Below are positions 60,328-64,000 of a DNA stretch of 64,000 nucleotides, in pieces. Within the stretch, counting starts at the first letter, position 1, and each line of letters opens with the position of its first letter. A model generated the notes under the pieces. The model had not been told where the DNA came from. It searched no databases and worked only from the letters and a program-made list of their open reading frames with translations. The DNA is from Chthonomonadales bacterium (lineage in GTDB: Bacteria; Armatimonadota; Chthonomonadetes; Chthonomonadales; CAJBBX01): positions 1-64,000 of the forward strand of contig JBMFSQ010000011.1 in NCBI GenBank assembly GCA_049967475.1, in the 5' to 3' direction. Made by a program: the position numbers and the translations under genes.

Positions 60328-61278
60328 GTGGCCAGCGTGAAAGGCGTCCGGTTGTGCGCGTTTGCATTGGTGTTGATCGTCCAGGCGGGCGTGGGTTCGG
60401 CTTCCCTGCCTCCCACCCGTTCCGGTGCGCGGAGGGCAAGCGCTTGGAGCGAAGGCCGCTACGTGTCCGCGGCCGAAATTGCTGCCCGCCAGGAATGGGA
60501 ACGCGAACGGGGCATCATATATCCCAAGCTTGTGCGCGGGAACCCCAACCTCAAGGAGATTGCCCTCACCTTCGATGACGGGCCGCATCCGGCCTTTACC
60601 CCGCGCCTTCTGGATCTCTTGGCGCGCCTGCACGTGAAGGCTACTTTCTTCCTCGTAGGCAAGATGGTGGACAGGTATCCCGATCTCGTGCGCCAGGAGG
60701 TGGCCCAGGGTCACGAGGTTGCCAATCATACGTACGACCATTTGCGCCTGGCAAGCGTACCTCCGGCCCTTATCGAACCTGAATTGAAGGAAGGGAGCCT
60801 CGCCCTCGTACGCGCTGTTGGGAGCCCTACGCGCTTCTACCGCCCGCCGGGCGGAGAGTACAATGCCGATGTGATCGAAGCAGGCCGAAGGCTCGGGTAC
60901 ATCATGGTGCTTTGGACCAACGATCCCGGCGATTACCGGCGTCCGTCGGGAGCATTGCTCGAGGAGCGGCTGCTTCGGGATGTGAGCAACGGCGCCATCA
61001 TCCTTCTGCACGACGGCATCCCACAAACGCTCACCATTTTGCCCAGGCTCGTGACGGCATTGCGCAGAGAGGGATACCGTTTCGTAACCATCTCCGAAAT
61101 GGCTGCTGCCGGGGGCGTCGTTACTGCCGGCGGGCCGAGGGTACGCATGCCCAGCATGAAGGTGGAGAGCGGCTTTGTGGACATTACCGGCAATCGGCCT
61201 TCGCCGGAGGTGCTTTCCACGATGAAGGCTCTGGAAGGCCGGTCCATCACCGCAAAACGGCGTCCAACGGCGGATTAA
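60328..61278 (+). CDS. Polysaccharide deacetylase (NodB)
   Basis: ALTFDDGP, ATFFLVG, NHTYDH, YRPPGG, ILLHDG. Confidence 0.93.
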   Translation: MASVKGVRLCAFALVLIVQAGVGSASLPPTRSGARRASAWSEGRYVSAAEIAARQEWERERGIIYPKLVRGNPNLKEIALTFDDGPHPAFTPRLLDLLARLHVKATFFLVGKMVDRYPDLVRQEVAQGHEVANHTYDHLRLASVPPALIEPELKEGSLALVRAVGSPTRFYRPPGGEYNADVIEAGRRLGYIMVLWTNDPGDYRRPSGALLEERLLRDVSNGAIILLHDGIPQTLTILPRLVTALRREGYRFVTISEMAAAGGVVTAGGPRVRMPSMKVESGFVDITGNRPSPEVLSTMKALEGRSITAKRRPTAD

Positions 61279-62768
61279 CCGGTTTCGGTGCGCCCTGGCC
61301 GGATGCCCTTTCGTTCTAAGCGCTTGGCCTCGCCCCAGAGTTCGTCCAGTTCCTTAAGCGTGTAGTCTTTCAGATCGCGCCCTTCACTTTTGGCCCTCTC
61401 TTCCATCCATCGGAAGCGGGTTGCAAAGCGCGCCAGCATCGTACGCAGAGCTTCTTCGGGATCTACACGTTGCCACCTGGCAATGTTCACAAGAGCGAAA
61501 AGGAGATCTCCCAGTTCCTCGCGCACCTCTTCGGCGCGTCCGGCCGCGACGGCTTCCCGCAGCTCTTGCAGCTCCTCATCTACTTTCTCGAAGACGTCCT
61601 CCAGACGCTCCCACTCGAAGCCCACCTTGGCCGCCCGCTTGCTCATCTCCATGGCACGCATGAGGGCGGGAAGCCTCTTGGGGATGCCGTCCAAAACGGA
61701 TTTGCGCCACTCCGGGCCCTTCTCACTACGCTTGATGGCCTCCCAGTTGCGCAGCACCTCGTCGGCGTTCGCAACGGCTGCGTCGCCAAACACGTGAGGA
61801 TGCCTCCTCACGAGCTTCTCCACGATGCGGGCAATGACGTCGCGGATGTCGAACACGCCCTCTTCTGCCGCGAGTTGGGCATGGAAGACCACCTGCAGCA
61901 GAACGTCGCCCAGCTCCTCTGCGAGCGCATCCGGATCTTCAGCCTCGATGGCGTCCAGTACCTCATAACACTCCTCAACAAGGTAGCGCTCCAGCGTGCG
62001 GTGGTTCTGCTCCCGATCCCAAGGACATCCTCCCGGACCGCGCAGGCGCGCCATGACGTCCACCAGGTCTTCGAAGCGCGTTCGACGCAGGGGCGGCGGC
62101 AGGGCCGGCACAAAAACTGCCGTAAGGTGATCCACCGGCATGCGGTCCAGTTGATGCAGCGGCACCTCGTCCACTGCTTCGGCTCCGGGCACCCCCGCAG
62201 AGCGTACGATGCGTATGGGCGCTTCATCGGGATACTCGGCCATGAGCGCAAGCTTTACCGACGACGCAGTGGCACGGTCGTACACCTGGTAAATGAGAAG
62301 GTCCAGGTCGGGGCGCAGGGTCCTCGCATCCAGTGCCAGCGCATCCTGGATGACGATGCCTGCTCCAATCGGCACGGCCAGAGCGGTCAAGGCTGCCTCA
62401 ATGAAGGATGCCGAACCCACGATGTGCACAGGGATGCCAAGCGCCCTGGCTTTCTGGAGGATGAGGCGCACCGAGGCTTCGCCTATAAGAGGATGGCCTG
62501 GAAGCGCATATCCTACCTCCCCTTCCGCAGCCGCTCGAAGCACTCGATCGGCAGCCGCATCATAGACTTCTTCGAAGGTGGCTGCCTTTTCATAGAGGTC
62601 ATCCAGCGTGTCGAACGGGATGCCTTCGGCGCGGAGGTCGTCTGCCGCCGGATGGACGGCGGTGCGGAGGATGAGTTTCCGCGGTTGGTGCAGCGCCTGC
62701 CAGGCATCCAAAGACATCATGCCTTTGCGCGCAGGACCCAGACCAATCAGAACGATCGTATTGGACAG
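61275..62768 (-). CDS. mazG: YabN-type tetrapyrrole-methylase-like + MazG nucleoside triphosphate pyrophosphohydrolase
   Basis: IVLIGLGP, RTAVHP, GCPWDREQ, EELGDVLLQ, RRHPHVF, ELGDLLF; CTG start inferred. Confidence 0.92.
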   Translation of the reverse strand: MSNTIVLIGLGPARKGMMSLDAWQALHQPRKLILRTAVHPAADDLRAEGIPFDTLDDLYEKAATFEEVYDAAADRVLRAAAEGEVGYALPGHPLIGEASVRLILQKARALGIPVHIVGSASFIEAALTALAVPIGAGIVIQDALALDARTLRPDLDLLIYQVYDRATASSVKLALMAEYPDEAPIRIVRSAGVPGAEAVDEVPLHQLDRMPVDHLTAVFVPALPPPLRRTRFEDLVDVMARLRGPGGCPWDREQNHRTLERYLVEECYEVLDAIEAEDPDALAEELGDVLLQVVFHAQLAAEEGVFDIRDVIARIVEKLVRRHPHVFGDAAVANADEVLRNWEAIKRSEKGPEWRKSVLDGIPKRLPALMRAMEMSKRAAKVGFEWERLEDVFEKVDEELQELREAVAAGRAEEVREELGDLLFALVNIARWQRVDPEEALRTMLARFATRFRWMEERAKSEGRDLKDYTLKELDELWGEAKRLERKGIRPGRTETG

Positions 62769-62882
62769 GACAGTTCTCCGTAGACGCGTGTGTGGGGGCG
62801 GAGCTTTGGTTAGGGACCGGCCCCGGGGTGCATCTTCGTTATACCCCGCGCCAAACGGGGAGAGACAGGTGCGTCCAGAAGG

Positions 62883-63515
62883 CTAGAACAGGGTAGGGGG
62901 CGGTTCCTTGCGGGCCTGAATTACTTTTCGGCGCGCCTCTTCGATGTCGGTGATCAGTTGCTGCTTAAGCTGCTCGTAAACCGCTCCTTCCTGCCGGAGG
63001 ATGTAGGCAGGGTGGAGCGTTGCCATGGCATAGCGGGCGTAGGCGCATGTGGTGAACCACTGACCGCGCTCCTGTGAGATGCGAAAGTTCTTGTGGATGA
63101 GGGTGTTGGCAGCAGGGGAGCCCAAGCACACGATGACGAGGGGGTGGATGGCCTCGAGCTGCCGCGCCAGCCAAGGGAAGCAGGCTTCCACCTCGTCTAT
63201 GCGGGGAGCCCGGTTCAGCACGCGTCCGCCCTCCACCTGAGATGCCCGGCATTTGACGATGTTGCATATATACACATGCTTGCGGGTGATGCCGCACGCG
63301 CGCAAACATTCATCCAGCAGCGCCCCAGCCCTGCCTACAAAGGGACGTCCGGTAAGATCTTCCTGTTGGCCCGGTCCCTCGCCGACGAAAACGAGCGGGG
63401 CGTTAGGGTTCCCTTCCCCGAAGACCACCTGGGTGCGTGTCTCCGCCAGGCCGCACGCCGTACAATGAGCCGCCTGGGCTGCCAAGCGGTCCAGCTCTTC
63501 TGCGCTGCTACTCAT
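62883..63515 (-). CDS. Uracil-DNA glycosylase, family 4
   Basis: CTACGL, VGEGPG, PFVGRAG, NIVKCR, HPAYILR. Confidence 0.93.
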   Translation of the reverse strand: MSSSAEELDRLAAQAAHCTACGLAETRTQVVFGEGNPNAPLVFVGEGPGQQEDLTGRPFVGRAGALLDECLRACGITRKHVYICNIVKCRASQVEGGRVLNRAPRIDEVEACFPWLARQLEAIHPLVIVCLGSPAANTLIHKNFRISQERGQWFTTCAYARYAMATLHPAYILRQEGAVYEQLKQQLITDIEEARRKVIQARKEPPPTLF

Positions 63516-63993
63516 CCGCCAACAATTCCTTTAGGCGATAATATGCTGCCTCCAGGCTCTCGGGGATCACCCGTGTGTCGCCGATCACGGCCATGAAGTT
63601 CGTGTCGCCGCTCCATCGGGGCACAATATGTACGTGCACATGGTCGGCGATGCCGGCTCCGGCGACGCGCCCCAAATTGATGCCCACATTGAAGCCGTCG
63701 GGGCGGCATGCCCGCTTCAGCAGATTGATGCCCCGGCGCGTGAGAGCCATCAACTCCAACAGCTCCGCATCCTCGAGATCGTTCAAGTCCGCGGTATGCC
63801 GATAAGGGCTCACCATCAGATGGCCGTTACTATAGGGGAAGGCATTGAGCATGATGAAGCAGCGGTCGCCCCGAAGAAGCAAAAGGTTCTCGGCATCCTG
63901 CTGCTGAGCCGGCTTCACGCAGAAGATGCACCCTTCCGCTTCATCGGCCACCTCGATGTAGCGCATGCGCCACGGCGCCCACAACCGTTCCAT
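63508..63993 (-). CDS. HIT family hydrolase (Ap4A phosphorylase-like)
   Basis: LWAPWR, CIFC, NAFPYSNGH, AGAGIADHVHVHIVPRW. Confidence 0.93.
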   Translation of the reverse strand: MERLWAPWRMRYIEVADEAEGCIFCVKPAQQQDAENLLLLRGDRCFIMLNAFPYSNGHLMVSPYRHTADLNDLEDAELLELMALTRRGINLLKRACRPDGFNVGINLGRVAGAGIADHVHVHIVPRWSGDTNFMAVIGDTRVIPESLEAAYYRLKELLADE

Positions 63994-64000
63994 AGCAGCT

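Overview
High-GC bacterial chromosome segment. The gene content (Planctomycete-type DUF1549/DUF1501 cluster, DUF6259, TolC, YabN-type MazG) suggests an Armatimonadota-like diderm, but this is inference. The first ~2.4 kb is the right end of a mobile element. A large serine recombinase, preceded by a small zinc-finger ORF and a consensus sigma70 promoter, has integrated into and truncated a phosphoesterase/phospholipase C gene. Immediately upstream is the most striking feature: three copies (one cut by the window edge) of a short HTH-encoding cassette. Each has constant flanks, a variable recognition helix, and an embedded 34-nt inverted repeat whose geometry is conserved while its sequence covaries, which suggests a cassette-based system for diversifying DNA-binding specificity. 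The remaining ~61 kb is mostly host genes: sugar utilisation, secreted carbohydrate-active proteins, c-di-GMP signalling, a Czc-type RND operon behind a DUF2946-like CxxC/RAPP leader, RNase P RNA, DsbD, pyrG with a Bacillus-type reiterative-transcription attenuator, menG/hepT, larC, mazG, UDG and HIT. All protein family calls come from recognising motifs by eye; no searches were run.
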